In this document: in pieces, positions 19,834 through 30,657 of the stretch
How the letters are laid out: each line of letters begins with the position of its first letter
Position numbering within the stretch: position 1 is the stretch's first letter
Source of the DNA: an uncultured Muribaculaceae bacterium
GTDB lineage: Bacteria; Bacillota_I; Bacilli_A; RF39; UBA660
DNA: 64,000 nucleotides
Reading direction: 5' to 3'
Assembly: GCA_964447275.1 (NCBI GenBank)
Contig: CAYURI010000002.1
Location: 17,197-81,196, forward strand
The notes under the pieces: model-generated
The model's input: the letters and a program-made list of their open reading frames with translations, nothing else
What the model was told of the DNA's origin: nothing
Databases searched by the model: none
Position numbers and translations under genes: made by a program

Positions 19834-20526
19834 GTGAAAAATATAATGACAAATAAAGAATTAAGAACTAAGTTAATTTCTTTAAGTGATAAAACTTATT
19901 CTGATTTTCAAAATAAGTTAGGTATTAATACTATGCCAGATTTTGGTATAAAAATCCCTATACTTAGAAGTATTGCCAAAGAGATATCTAAGAGTGACTA
20001 TAAAACTTATTTAAAAAATCCTAATAATAAATATTTAGAAGAAGTCTCTATTGAAGGAATGGTTATTGGTGAAATAAAAGACTTAGAAGAAGCTTTACCA
20101 TATATTGATAGTTTTATTCCGAAAATAACTAATTGGGGAATTTGTGATAACTTTTGTGGGTCTTTAAAGATAGCTAATAAGTATCCAGAAGTGATGTGGA
20201 ATTATTTAAACAAGTATTTGTCAAGTAACAAAGAATTTACGTTAAGATTTTGTTTAGTGATGTTTTTATGGCACTATATAAAAGATGATTATATAAATAA
20301 GGTGTTAGAAATTAATGAAAGCATTCATAGTGACGATTATTATGTAAAGATGGCTCAAGCTTGGTTAATATCAGAGGCTTATGTAAAGTATCCAGATACT
20401 ACTTTAGAGTATTTAAAAAAGTCTCATTTAGATAAATGGACTTTTAATAAAGGAATCCAAAAAATTAGAGAATCTTTAAGAGTTTCAAAAGAAACTAAAG
20501 AGATGTTAAATAAATTAAAAAGATAG
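19834..20526 (+). CDS. DNA alkylation repair protein (AlkD/AlkC-like HEAT-repeat glycosylase family)
   Basis: LRTKLISLSDKTYSDFQNKLGINTMPDFGIKIPILRSIAKE matches the DNA_alkylation family N-terminal pattern. About 230 aa. ATG 19846 is an alternative start. Confidence 0.5.
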   Translation: MKNIMTNKELRTKLISLSDKTYSDFQNKLGINTMPDFGIKIPILRSIAKEISKSDYKTYLKNPNNKYLEEVSIEGMVIGEIKDLEEALPYIDSFIPKITNWGICDNFCGSLKIANKYPEVMWNYLNKYLSSNKEFTLRFCLVMFLWHYIKDDYINKVLEINESIHSDDYYVKMAQAWLISEAYVKYPDTTLEYLKKSHLDKWTFNKGIQKIRESLRVSKETKEMLNKLKR

Positions 20527-20548
20527 AAGTTACTTTTCTATCTTTTCT
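20521..20548. terminator. Bidirectional terminator between convergent genes
   Basis: AGATAGAA-gttactt-TTCTATCT hairpin flanked by T/A runs. Confidence 0.5.
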
Positions 20549-20853
20549 TTACTAAATTTTAATCCGGCTTCTGCTAATTCATCAATTGTTACTACTTTTT
20601 TATCTAAAGCATCACTAACTTCGTATTCATCACCATCTATTTTAATCCAGATGTTTTTTAAGCAACTAAAGTAGTAATTATATTCACTATCTTTATAAAA
20701 ATAAAGAATAGCCTCGCCACAAACCTCACCAGTTCTATCAACGATGGTTAATTCATTATCATTTTTTCTGTCTATAAAGAATAATACGATAGAGGCAATT
20801 AGTAAAGCGAAAATTCCTACTAAAATGAGAATGGTTTTAGTTGTATCTTTCAT
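20530..20853 (-). CDS. Small membrane-anchored protein of unknown function
   Basis: N-terminal TM helix ILILVGIFALLIASIVLFFI. Good RBS (AGGAGGAAT) upstream on the minus strand. Confidence 0.45.
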   Translation of the reverse strand: MKDTTKTILILVGIFALLIASIVLFFIDRKNDNELTIVDRTGEVCGEAILYFYKDSEYNYYFSCLKNIWIKIDGDEYEVSDALDKKVVTIDELAEAGLKFSKEKIEK

Positions 20854-20936
20854 TTTATTCCTCCTTATTATAGTTTTATTATATCATAAATTTTTAATTA
20901 TGATATAATTTAAATATAAATAGTAGGAGAGATATT

Positions 20937-21455
20937 ATGGAAACAAGAAAAACAAAAAAAGAAATTGTAAAAATGTTATTAAAACAAGATTTAGAGGAAA
21001 GAGATGAAGCCGAATTAATTGATTTATTAATTGATAATCCAATTGCTGTTGATGTTGATAAGCAAGCAGATGAAAAAATGTCTTTTGGTGATAGATGTGC
21101 TGATATTGTCGCTGAGAAAGCTGGTAGTTGGAGATTTATTATTATATTTTTATCCTTCTTGATAGTTTGGATTATTATTAATGGTATATTTCTAATTAAT
21201 GCAATTGATCCATTTCCATTTATTTTATTAAACTTAGTATTATCTTGTATAGCTGCTTTGCAAGCACCAATTATTATGATGAGCCAAAATCGTCAAGCTA
21301 AAAAAGATCGTGATCGTAGTCATAACGACTATATGACTGATTTGAAAAGTGAGCTTATCTTAGAAGAACTTCATATTCAAATTAATACAGTTTTAAAGAA
21401 TCAAGCCCGTATCCTTCATTATATTGATGATCAAGAACAACAAAAAGTAGAATAA
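20937..21455 (+). CDS. DUF1003-family membrane protein
   Basis: Motif SFGDRCADIVAEKAGSWRFIIIF...NLVLSCIAALQAPIIMMSQNRQAKKDRDRSHNDY is characteristic of DUF1003. Confidence 0.5.
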   Translation: METRKTKKEIVKMLLKQDLEERDEAELIDLLIDNPIAVDVDKQADEKMSFGDRCADIVAEKAGSWRFIIIFLSFLIVWIIINGIFLINAIDPFPFILLNLVLSCIAALQAPIIMMSQNRQAKKDRDRSHNDYMTDLKSELILEELHIQINTVLKNQARILHYIDDQEQQKVE

Positions 21456-21482
21456 AAAATAACCCGTAAGGGTTATTTTTGT
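21456..21482. terminator. Bidirectional rho-independent terminator
   Basis: AATAACCC-gtaa-GGGTTATT hairpin with flanking A/T runs, between convergent genes. Confidence 0.6.
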
Positions 21483-21853
21483 GGGCCAACGTATTTGGCG
21501 TCGCTGAAAGCAAGCATTGGATAAAAAATGAAAGATAAGAATAGTAGCCCGGCACCAAAGCCAGAACTTTTTCCAAATGCTTTGGCAAGTTTAAATGGTA
21601 ACATAATAGCAAATACAACGTTTACAATTGGTATTAATAAAAGTAAGAATTTCCAGCCATTACCAAAAGCAATCTTAAACATTACATACATATTGTAAAA
21701 TGGTACCAAACATGCCCATCCTGGTTCGCTGGCTTTTTCAAATAGTTTCCAATAGCAGATAATTAATAAAACACTGATACCGAAACTTAAAAACCAGTAG
21801 CCAGTAGGCATACTTGTCATATCATAGTTGTAAGAATACTCATAACTATACAC
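21473..21853 (-). CDS. Small polytopic membrane protein of unknown function
   Basis: Three hydrophobic helices and a conserved-looking GWACLVPFYN motif. Confidence 0.4.
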   Translation of the reverse strand: MYSYEYSYNYDMTSMPTGYWFLSFGISVLLIICYWKLFEKASEPGWACLVPFYNMYVMFKIAFGNGWKFLLLLIPIVNVVFAIMLPFKLAKAFGKSSGFGAGLLFLSFIFYPMLAFSDAKYVGPQK

Positions 21854-21950
21854 GCTTTACTCCTCCTATAATTTAATTATATAAGAGTAAAGACTAATTT
21901 ACAATTATAACTTAATCATCTATAATGAAATTAGAAAGAAATGGTAAAAA

Positions 21951-22817
21951 ATGATAAAAGTTAGTGATAAATGGGAAGATTATAAATTATTAGATTCTGG
22001 TAATGGGGAAAAATTAGAAAATTGGCAAGGGATTCTTGTTAGAAGACCTGATCCTCAAGCAATGTGGAGTGTTATGGATTATTCTAAATGGGATAATGTT
22101 AACGCTTTGTATGAAAGAAGTGATACAGGTGGAGGAAGCTGGCAATATTTAAAAAATATTCCAAGTTCCTGGACAGTTAGTTATAAGCATTTAACTTTCA
22201 AGATTGCTTTAACTAATTTTAAACATACTGGTTTATTTCCAGAACAAGCCGTAAATTGGGATTTTATGATAGATAAAATAAAAAATAGTCATCGCCCAAT
22301 TAAAGTATTAAATTTATTTGCTTATACCGGTGGAGCAACGATGGCTTGCTCTAGTGCTGGAGCCGAGGTTACTCAAGTTGATGCATCAAAAGGAATGACA
22401 GAGTGGGCTAAAGAAAATATGGCTCTAAGTCATTTAGAAAATAATAAAATCAGATTTATTGTTGATGATTGTTTAAAATTTGTCGAAAGAGAAGCTCGTC
22501 GTGGTAATAAGTATGATGCGATTGTTATGGATCCACCTAGTTTTGGGAGAGGACCAAAAAAAGAAGTTTGGAAATTTGAAGATAGCCTTTATCTACTTAT
22601 TAATGCTTGCTTAGAGATTCTTAGTGATAAACCATTGTTTTTCTTAATTAATGCTTATACAACGGGAATATCTAGTATTGTTTTAAACAATGTTTTAAAA
22701 ACCACTATTTTAAAAAAATACCCAGAAGGAAAAGTAGATAGTGGTGAAATAGCTTTACCAATAGAAAGAGACAACATGTTACTTCCTTGTGGAATATATG
22801 GTGTTTGGGAAGAATAA
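21951..22817 (+). CDS. Class I SAM-dependent RNA methyltransferase (RlmI/RlmK C-terminal-like)
   Basis: VLNLFAYTGGATMAC (motif I), VDASKG, AIVMDPPSFGRG (motif IV DPPxF). Confidence 0.6.
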   Translation: MIKVSDKWEDYKLLDSGNGEKLENWQGILVRRPDPQAMWSVMDYSKWDNVNALYERSDTGGGSWQYLKNIPSSWTVSYKHLTFKIALTNFKHTGLFPEQAVNWDFMIDKIKNSHRPIKVLNLFAYTGGATMACSSAGAEVTQVDASKGMTEWAKENMALSHLENNKIRFIVDDCLKFVEREARRGNKYDAIVMDPPSFGRGPKKEVWKFEDSLYLLINACLEILSDKPLFFLINAYTTGISSIVLNNVLKTTILKKYPEGKVDSGEIALPIERDNMLLPCGIYGVWEE

Positions 22818-24965
22818 GTGAAAGAAAATATTTTAGAAAGTGTCAGCAAAAGTTTAAATATTAGCAAAGAAAGAATTAAAGTAGTTATTAATTTACTGAG
22901 TGAGGGATCAACAATCCCTTTTATTGCTAGATATCGTAAGGAAATGACTGGATCCTTAAACGAAGAAGAATTAAGAACAATTGAAACAGTTTATAATTAT
23001 GAGGTCAACTTAACAAAAAGAAAAGATGATGTCAGAAGACTAATAGATGAAAAAGGCATGCTAACTGAAGATTTAAGTAAAGAAATAGATATGTGTAGTA
23101 AATTGAGTGAAATAGAAAACATCTATTTACCATTTAAAGAAAAAAGAAAAACTAAGGGTACAGAAGCTATTCAAATGGGGCTTGAGCCTTTAGCTAAGTT
23201 AATTATGAACTTTTCTAATAAAACCAGAGAAGAATTAGCTACGCCTTATTTAAATGATCAAATAAAAACCATTGATGAGGCGATTATTAATGCTGGGTAT
23301 ATTATTGCTGATAATATTAGTAACAATATAACTTATCATAAATGGATTAGAGAGTATTTTATTGATAATGGCATAGTAAAATCTACTAAGAAGAAAAATG
23401 CTAAAGACGAGAATCTTTTATATGAAATATATTATAATTTTAGTGAAACAGTTGATAGAATAAAAAGCTATCGCATTTTTGCTATATGTCGAGCTCTAAG
23501 TGAAGGAATAGTAAACTATGTAATAGAAGTTTCTGACGAAGAAATAATTAAGTATTTAAATAAACAAATTATTGGTAATAAAATTTCCCCTTTAAATAAA
23601 GATATTGAGCTATTTATTAATGATGCTTATAAACGATTAATAAAGCCCAGTATGGAAAGAGAACTAAAAACTGATTTATTTGATATGGCAAGTGAGGAAG
23701 GTATAAAAGAATTTGGCAATAATCTAGAACAGCTTTTATTAACTCCGCCTATTAAATCAAGCGTGGTAATGGGATTTGATCCAGCCTTTAGAACAGGCTG
23801 TAAATTAGCGATTGTTAATGATAATGGTGATGTTTTAGCAATTAGTGTCATTTATCCTCATGAACCTAAAAATCTAGTTTCAGAAGCTAAAAAAATCATG
23901 CTAGATTTAATAAACAAGTATGATGTTAAAATAATTTCCATCGGTAATGGTACTGCTTCAAGAGAAAGTGAATTATTTGTTTCAGATTTAATAAAAGAAT
24001 ATAATTTAGATGTTAAATTTATCATTGTTAGTGAATCTGGGGCTTCAGTTTATTCTGCTAGTCCACTTGCCAAAAAAGAGTTTCCAGATTTTTCAGTAGA
24101 ACAAAGAAGTGCTGTAAGCATTGCAAGAAGGCTACAAGATGCTTTGAGTGAATTAGTAAAAATTGATCCTAAAAGCATTGGCGTTGGTCTTTATCAACAT
24201 GATTTAAAAGAAAAAGAATTAGATGAAGAACTAACTTTTACAATTAGTAAAGTAGTAAATAAAGTTGGTGTAAATATCAATAATGCTTCAGAAAGTATTC
24301 TTAATTATATATCTGGTTTAAATAAAAAAAGTATCAAAGCCATATTAGAGTATAAAAAGAAAAAGGGTAGAATAAAATCAAGAAAAGAATTACAAACTAT
24401 TAAGGCAATAGACGCTAAAACATTTGAGCAATCAGCTGGGTTTTTAAGAGTTATAGATGGCGATAATCCTTTAGATAAAACCAATATTCATCCAGAAGAC
24501 TATGATCTAGTAAATAGCATTTTAAATCAATATCATATTGACATAAATACAATTGGTACTAAAGAGATAAAACTAGAACTAGAACAGATTAGTAACCAAG
24601 AACTATTTAAAGACTTTAATATTAGTAATGAAAAAGCCGATACGATAAAAACTAATTTAATAAGTGGGATAATCGATCCTCGTGAAGAATTAAACAAAGT
24701 TAATTTGCGTAGTGATATTTTAACGATTGATGATTTAAAAATTGGCGATAGTTTAGAAGGAATAGTTCGTAATGTTGCACCTTTTGGAGCATTTGTGGAT
24801 ATCGGTCTTCATAATGATGCTTTAATTCATATATCTAAAATGAGTGAATCATTTATCAATCACCCTAATGAAATATTAAAAGTTGGGGATATAGTAAAAG
24901 TATATATATCAGCGATTAAAAAAGAAAAGAACCGTGTTAGTTTATCTTTAATATCAGGCAGATAG
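22818..24965 (+). CDS. tex: Transcription accessory protein Tex (YqgF/RNase H-like, HhH and S1 domains)
   Basis: TIPFIARYRKEMTGSLNEEELR signature, 715 aa, C-terminal S1 domain (GDSLEGIVRNVAPFGAFVDIGLHNDALIHISKMS). GTG start abutting the upstream stop. Confidence 0.85.
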   Translation: MKENILESVSKSLNISKERIKVVINLLSEGSTIPFIARYRKEMTGSLNEEELRTIETVYNYEVNLTKRKDDVRRLIDEKGMLTEDLSKEIDMCSKLSEIENIYLPFKEKRKTKGTEAIQMGLEPLAKLIMNFSNKTREELATPYLNDQIKTIDEAIINAGYIIADNISNNITYHKWIREYFIDNGIVKSTKKKNAKDENLLYEIYYNFSETVDRIKSYRIFAICRALSEGIVNYVIEVSDEEIIKYLNKQIIGNKISPLNKDIELFINDAYKRLIKPSMERELKTDLFDMASEEGIKEFGNNLEQLLLTPPIKSSVVMGFDPAFRTGCKLAIVNDNGDVLAISVIYPHEPKNLVSEAKKIMLDLINKYDVKIISIGNGTASRESELFVSDLIKEYNLDVKFIIVSESGASVYSASPLAKKEFPDFSVEQRSAVSIARRLQDALSELVKIDPKSIGVGLYQHDLKEKELDEELTFTISKVVNKVGVNINNASESILNYISGLNKKSIKAILEYKKKKGRIKSRKELQTIKAIDAKTFEQSAGFLRVIDGDNPLDKTNIHPEDYDLVNSILNQYHIDINTIGTKEIKLELEQISNQELFKDFNISNEKADTIKTNLISGIIDPREELNKVNLRSDILTIDDLKIGDSLEGIVRNVAPFGAFVDIGLHNDALIHISKMSESFINHPNEILKVGDIVKVYISAIKKEKNRVSLSLISGR

Positions 24966-25028
24966 TTAAAAGCTTGAAAAAAGTTATCTTTTGTGCTAAT
25001 ATATGCCACTAACAAAGGGGTTATCATT

Positions 25029-25841
25029 GTGGAGTCAATTATTTTAAGCCGTGAATATATATTTAGAACATATAAATTTAAAAGCTCCGGAACAGAATCT
25101 GACTTTTTTCAACTGGACGAAAAAACAGGACTGAAGGTTTTTAAAGAGCTTGATAGAGTGAAAAGGACTTTGCCAAACAAATTAAAAAAGATTGAAAGAA
25201 CAATGGGAATGGAACGACCGGGCATTAAATATCCTAAAAAGCCTGTTTTTGATGAAGAAGGCAATTTATTAGCTTATACAGTTGACATATTCGAAACGTC
25301 GACCCCAGAAAATTTTGTGGATTTAAAAGGACCATCTTTTTCACTTTTTCAAAAAGTACGTTTTTATCAACAACTTGAAGCCTTAGCTGAATCAGTTCAT
25401 AGCGATTCAATGAGGCTTGTGGATACCAATCCTGAAAACTTTTTAATTGGTGTTTGCAAGAATGTTGCGCTAATTGATACTGATAGTTACATGCATACTG
25501 ATTGCCCATGTGATAATATACCTTCATATTTAGCTAAATATTACGTGGATAAAACTGGTGATGAATCATTTGCTTTTGTAGATGAATTTTCGCTTGCTAT
25601 TAGGTTTTTGGAAATAGTTATAAATGGATTTTATAAAAGTGCTCTAATTTCTGTATTGTCTGGAGAGCTATTTTATATTGATATGGTAGTTGAAAGTCTT
25701 GAAATTCCAAATGAACTAAAAAATGTATTATTAAGTATAATATCTGCTGGTGGCAAAAAAGAATTTATTGGGCCTTATTTAGATTGCATTGCTAATCCAA
25801 ATGAAAGATATTTGAGAAGGAAGAATAGTTCTTTCCATTAA
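25029..25841 (+). CDS. Hypothetical protein with a possible protein-kinase-like (APH/PKL) catalytic motif
   Basis: VDTNPENFLIGVCKNVALIDTDS resembles the HxDxxxxNxx...IDxx catalytic/Mg loops of kinase-like folds. GTG start at 25029 after an AAAGGGG RBS. The longer track ORF would overlap a TGCTAATAT -10-like element. Confidence 0.3.
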   Translation: MESIILSREYIFRTYKFKSSGTESDFFQLDEKTGLKVFKELDRVKRTLPNKLKKIERTMGMERPGIKYPKKPVFDEEGNLLAYTVDIFETSTPENFVDLKGPSFSLFQKVRFYQQLEALAESVHSDSMRLVDTNPENFLIGVCKNVALIDTDSYMHTDCPCDNIPSYLAKYYVDKTGDESFAFVDEFSLAIRFLEIVINGFYKSALISVLSGELFYIDMVVESLEIPNELKNVLLSIISAGGKKEFIGPYLDCIANPNERYLRRKNSSFH

Positions 25842-25845
25842 AAAA

Positions 25846-25854
25846 TGCTATAAT
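25846..25854 (+). promoter_or_regulatory. Extended -10 promoter element TGCTATAAT
   Basis: TGnTATAAT 28 nt upstream of the ATG of the ABC ATPase gene. Confidence 0.4.
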
Positions 25855-25881
25855 ATTCTTGAGAATATAATGGAGGGTACT

Positions 25882-26583
25882 ATGGCCTTTATTGAATTAA
25901 AAAAAGTTGATAAAAAATATATAATGGGCGAATTAGAAATAAAAGCCTTAGACGATGTTTCTTTTGCGATTGAAAAGGGTGAACTAGCGGTTGTTTTAGG
26001 CCCATCTGGAGCTGGCAAAACCACCGTATTAAATATTTTAGGTGGTATGGATAAAGCGGATAGTGGAAGAATTTATGTCGATGATGAAGACATTGCTTTA
26101 TATAATAAACTAGATTTAATGAAATATCGTCGCCATGATATTGGTTTTGTTTTTCAATTTTATAATTTAATTCAAAATTTAACAGCTTTAGAAAATGTTG
26201 AACTAGCTAGTCAAATATGTCAAAACACTTTAGATCCTAAAGAAGTTTTAAATAGTGTTGATTTAAAAAATCGCATGAATAATTTTCCAGCACAATTATC
26301 TGGTGGTGAACAACAGCGAGTAGCAATTGCTAGAGCACTTGCTAAAAACCCTAAATTACTTTTGTGTGATGAACCAACTGGAGCACTAGATTCTAAAACT
26401 GGTAAAAAGGTTTTAAAAGTTTTGCAAGATACTTGTTTGAATTATGGTATGACGGTGGTTATTATTACTCATAATGCCGTTATAGCTAATATTGCTAATC
26501 GCGTTATAAAAATGAAAAATGGGATGATTGAAGAAGTTATTATTAATAAAAATCCTCTTAAAGTTGAGGCGATAAACTGGTGA
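25882..26583 (+). CDS. ABC transporter ATP-binding protein (MacB-type NBD)
   Basis: [42 protein letters not shown] 25882 after a GGAGGG RBS. Confidence 0.85.
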   Translation: MAFIELKKVDKKYIMGELEIKALDDVSFAIEKGELAVVLGPSGAGKTTVLNILGGMDKADSGRIYVDDEDIALYNKLDLMKYRRHDIGFVFQFYNLIQNLTALENVELASQICQNTLDPKEVLNSVDLKNRMNNFPAQLSGGEQQRVAIARALAKNPKLLLCDEPTGALDSKTGKKVLKVLQDTCLNYGMTVVIITHNAVIANIANRVIKMKNGMIEEVIINKNPLKVEAINW

Positions 26584-29537
26584 TGCTTTTATTAAAAAAC
26601 ACTTTTCTAAAAATCAAGAAGTCATTGGGTAGATTTTTATCTATTCTTTTCATTATAACTTTAGGAGTAAGCGTTTTTATTGGTCTTAGAGAATCTACGC
26701 CAGGAATGCTTTATACAGCAGATAATTATTATGATACTAATAAATTAATGGATTTTAAAATTACTAGTACTTATGGCTTAACCAGTGATGATATTTTATC
26801 TTTAAAGAATTTAAGTAACGCTTATTTAGTTGTGCCAACTTATTCAATTGATGCTTTAGATAATGGCGAAGCTATCCGTCTTCATGCTTTAAATGATAAC
26901 ATTAACAAAGTAATTTTAAAAGATGGTAGACTTCCTAAAAATAATAATGAGTGTTTAGCAGATGATCATAAATACAAAGTTAATGATGTTATAAAGTTTG
27001 CTAAAAACGAGTATTTAAGAATTACCAAATGTAATGTAGTAGGAACAATTAACTCGCCTTTATATATTAGAGATGAAAAAGGTATATCTAGTGTTGGTAA
27101 TGGTAAACTAACTTCTTTTGTTTATGTAAAAGAGGCAGTGTTTGATATGAAATATTATACTGAAGCTTATATAATAGCTAAAAACACTACTGATAAGAAT
27201 GCTTATTATAATGACTACCTTAAAGAGTTAAATAAATTAAAAACGGAATTAGAAACTTTAAAACCAATTAGAGAAACAATTCGTTATGAAGAAATATTAA
27301 AAGAAGCGAGTGAAAAGATTAGTACTAATGAAGTAAAACTATATGGTGAACTTACTAAAGCAGAAAATAATTTAAAAGTAACTAAAGCTGAACTTGATAA
27401 TAATTATCAAGAACTATTAGCAAGTAAAGAAGTTTTGTTAACCTCATTGAAAGCCTTAAATGAAGAAGAAGCCAATAATGAAAAAGTTTTTGCTAGTGAG
27501 TTTAAAGCTTTGGATTTAACGCCAGAAACAATCACTAACAAAATTAATCAAACTAATAATGAAATAGGTGTTTTACAAACTGAATTAAGTAAATATACTG
27601 AAGGTAGTACCGAGTACAATGAAATATTAGCTAATATAAATAATCTAACTAGCTATCTAACTAATATTAATAAATTAAATACGGAGTATACTAATTTTAA
27701 AAACGAAATAGCCAGTAAAAAGTTATTAATAAATGAAAACTTAGATAAAGTAAATGATTCTTTAGATAAAATAAATGCTGGATATGACTTTTACTATGAT
27801 GGCTTAAATAGTTATGAAGAAGAGAAATCTACTGCTTTAAGAGAAATTAGTAAAGCTAAAGAAGAGTTAAAAAATATTACTAAACCGGTTTGGTACTTAT
27901 TAGATCGTAATGACAATAGTGGTTATAATAGTTATAAAGAAGATGTTATTAAAGTTGAAGCAATTGCTAAAGCTTTACCAATCTTTTTTATTGCTGTGGC
28001 AATGTTAGTTTGTTTAAACTCTTTATCAAGATTAATTGAAGAAGAGAGAATGGAAATGGGTATTTTAGAAGCGACAGGTTATAGTAAAACCAGTATTATT
28101 ATGGGCTACATGATATATGTTTTCTTGGCTTCTTTACTAGGGTTAGGAATAGGTTTAACAATTGGTTATAGTATTATTCCTAAAATAGTGTATGGGGTTT
28201 TCTTGTCTAGATATTTTGTACCAAAATTAATTACAGTTATTAGTCCCTTACCATTTTCTTTAGTTATAATTGTGACTTTATTTTTAATGGCTATAGTAGT
28301 AATAATAGCTTGCTACAAAGAGCTAAGAGTTGTTCCGGCAGTGTTGTTAAGACCAAAAGTCCCTAAAGCTGGTAAAAAAGTTTTCTTGGAAAAGATTCCT
28401 TTAGTTTGGCAGAAACTAAACTTTACTTGGAAAGTAACAATTAGAAATTTGTTCTTGTATAAAAAAAGGATTATTATGACTATTCTAGGTGTAGCAGGGT
28501 GTACTGCTTTATTACTTACAGGATTAGGGCTAAATGATAGTATTAATAATATTTCTAAATTACAGTATGGGAAAATAATTCACTATGATGCGATGTTTAT
28601 TTTAAATGATAGTCAAACTGAAATAGGAGAAGACTTAACCAAATTATTTAAAGCTAATAATATTTATAAACCAAGTCTAATATATAATCAAGCTTATAAA
28701 TTTAATTTTGATAATAAAACGGAAGATGTTTATTTAGTTGTGCCAAGTGATAATAAAAGATTAGAAGAATATGTATCTTTTTATAACATTAAAGATAATA
28801 AAAAAGTTGCTATTCCTACTTTTGGGGCTTTAATTACTGAGCAAATGGCTGGTGAATTAAATGCTAAAAAAGGTGATACGATTGAAATAAGAAGTAGTGA
28901 TAATGAATTATTTATTATTTATGTTAGTGATATAGTGGAAAATTATACGGCTCATTATATTTATATGAGCAAAGCATATTATGAACAAGTATTTAATGAA
29001 AATATCGCCTATAATATGATAATTGCTTCATTAGACAAAAAGCCATCTAGCAAAGTATCATTAACAGAGCATAATATTTTATCGGTTAATTATACTGAAG
29101 ATATTTTGAGCTCTTTTGATAGTTTTATCGAAGGCTTAAATAAAATCATTTATTTAATCTTAATATGTGCTGGGTTGCTAGCTTTAATTGTTTTATATAA
29201 TCTAACTATTATTAATATTAGTGAGCGTAAAAGAGAAGTGGCCACTTTAAAGGTATTAGGTTTTAATGACAAAGAAATATCTAATTATATCTACAGAGAA
29301 ACCATTATCTTAACCATATTAGGAATCGGAATTGGTTTAGTATTAGGGATATTTCTACATAGATTTATTATCTATACTTCGCAAACGGATAATATCTTAT
29401 TTATCAAAACTATTAAATGGTATAGCTATTTGATATCAGCGTTTATAACCATTATATTTTCGTTTATAGTTCAACTAATTATTTCTAAGACCCTGAAGAA
29501 TATTGATATGATTGAATCTTTAAAATCAGTAGAATAA
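26580..29537 (+). CDS. Large FtsX/MacB-family ABC permease (985 aa) with a long coiled-coil extracellular domain
   Basis: Overlaps the ATPase stop (GTGATG). N-terminal TM, long extracytoplasmic region rich in heptad repeats, and two FtsX-like helix bundles. Confidence 0.65.
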   Translation: MMLLLKNTFLKIKKSLGRFLSILFIITLGVSVFIGLRESTPGMLYTADNYYDTNKLMDFKITSTYGLTSDDILSLKNLSNAYLVVPTYSIDALDNGEAIRLHALNDNINKVILKDGRLPKNNNECLADDHKYKVNDVIKFAKNEYLRITKCNVVGTINSPLYIRDEKGISSVGNGKLTSFVYVKEAVFDMKYYTEAYIIAKNTTDKNAYYNDYLKELNKLKTELETLKPIRETIRYEEILKEASEKISTNEVKLYGELTKAENNLKVTKAELDNNYQELLASKEVLLTSLKALNEEEANNEKVFASEFKALDLTPETITNKINQTNNEIGVLQTELSKYTEGSTEYNEILANINNLTSYLTNINKLNTEYTNFKNEIASKKLLINENLDKVNDSLDKINAGYDFYYDGLNSYEEEKSTALREISKAKEELKNITKPVWYLLDRNDNSGYNSYKEDVIKVEAIAKALPIFFIAVAMLVCLNSLSRLIEEERMEMGILEATGYSKTSIIMGYMIYVFLASLLGLGIGLTIGYSIIPKIVYGVFLSRYFVPKLITVISPLPFSLVIIVTLFLMAIVVIIACYKELRVVPAVLLRPKVPKAGKKVFLEKIPLVWQKLNFTWKVTIRNLFLYKKRIIMTILGVAGCTALLLTGLGLNDSINNISKLQYGKIIHYDAMFILNDSQTEIGEDLTKLFKANNIYKPSLIYNQAYKFNFDNKTEDVYLVVPSDNKRLEEYVSFYNIKDNKKVAIPTFGALITEQMAGELNAKKGDTIEIRSSDNELFIIYVSDIVENYTAHYIYMSKAYYEQVFNENIAYNMIIASLDKKPSSKVSLTEHNILSVNYTEDILSSFDSFIEGLNKIIYLILICAGLLALIVLYNLTIINISERKREVATLKVLGFNDKEISNYIYRETIILTILGIGIGLVLGIFLHRFIIYTSQTDNILFIKTIKWYSYLISAFITIIFSFIVQLIISKTLKNIDMIESLKSVE

Positions 29538-29568
29538 AAAAATAGTTAACATTTGTTAACTATTTTCT
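29538..29568. terminator. Bidirectional terminator
   Basis: AATAGTTAAC-attt-GTTAACTATT inverted repeat with flanking A/T runs. Confidence 0.6.
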
Positions 29569-30600
29569 ATATAAAGCATTAATATTTGATCCATCAATAT
29601 TCATACGATAAGTGACAGCAATAAATTTATTTATCGTTAAATCCTCTGCGTAATCTAGAACATATATCTTGTTGTTAACAACATTTACATAATAACCCCA
29701 TGATACACCTTCATAGACTTTTTTATCATTAGTACCATCCATATTAACGCTATATAAATAATATTGGTAAGCCATTCGATCTTCTAAATAAGTTTCGTTA
29801 TACTTAACATAAAAGACTTGATTTTTATATGAATTTATTTTAATAATTTCTTCGCCATCATAAGCCCTAACAATTTTTATGTTAGTGCCATCAACATTAG
29901 CGGTTTTAATATTATAATAAGCATCTAAATAAATGATTTTACCTTGGCCAATAATAAACTGCGTAACTGAATCACCTAATATCATTTGGGGATTGGTACC
30001 ATCTGGATTAGCTACATAGACATAGTTATTGCTTTGATAATATAGTTTATTTTCATAAATAATACTATTATAACTATCAGGAACTACCTTAGTTTCATTA
30101 GAACCATCTAAATTAGATCTAAATATTGAATAATTATCCTCAGTTTCTTCTTTACCATAATATAACCATTCATCGTAAAAATACATATTAAAGCAATAAC
30201 CAGTATTTATTCTTTCATAACTACTACCATCTTTTTTCATTCTAAATAAATTATAAGTACCATCAATTACTTTACCTTCATTTCCAGAAAAATATAAGTA
30301 ATCATCTTTAACTGCAAAAGACCAACCAAAGCCATCGAAGATTGTTTTTGTGGTACCATTTTTTGTCATATAAATATGTGAACTACCTGTTTCATCAAAT
30401 GTTGAATAATATTCTTCTTCACCACTATCAAAGTAATATTGTCCATTCATAACATTTCCTAAGTCATCGACATTAACACCCAGTGATACTTGAGATGATG
30501 TTGAAGTAGTATTTAAGCCAGGGATCTTAATTTTATTTGATCCACACCCTGCTAATAATAAGACAAGTAAAAATAACAAAAAAACTTTAAAATTTTTCAT
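29560..30600 (-). CDS. Lipoprotein with Tyr-rich beta-propeller-like repeats (DUF5050-like)
   Basis: Signal peptide with lipobox LLAGCGS. Repeated Y/N-rich approximately 40-aa units. ATG at 30600 after an AGAGGAG RBS. Confidence 0.5.
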   Translation of the reverse strand: MKNFKVFLLFLLVLLLAGCGSNKIKIPGLNTTSTSSQVSLGVNVDDLGNVMNGQYYFDSGEEEYYSTFDETGSSHIYMTKNGTTKTIFDGFGWSFAVKDDYLYFSGNEGKVIDGTYNLFRMKKDGSSYERINTGYCFNMYFYDEWLYYGKEETEDNYSIFRSNLDGSNETKVVPDSYNSIIYENKLYYQSNNYVYVANPDGTNPQMILGDSVTQFIIGQGKIIYLDAYYNIKTANVDGTNIKIVRAYDGEEIIKINSYKNQVFYVKYNETYLEDRMAYQYYLYSVNMDGTNDKKVYEGVSWGYYVNVVNNKIYVLDYAEDLTINKFIAVTYRMNIDGSNINALYRK

Positions 30601-30657
30601 AATCAAACTCCTCTATAAAAATCATATCATAAAAATCAATATTTATAAATATAATAA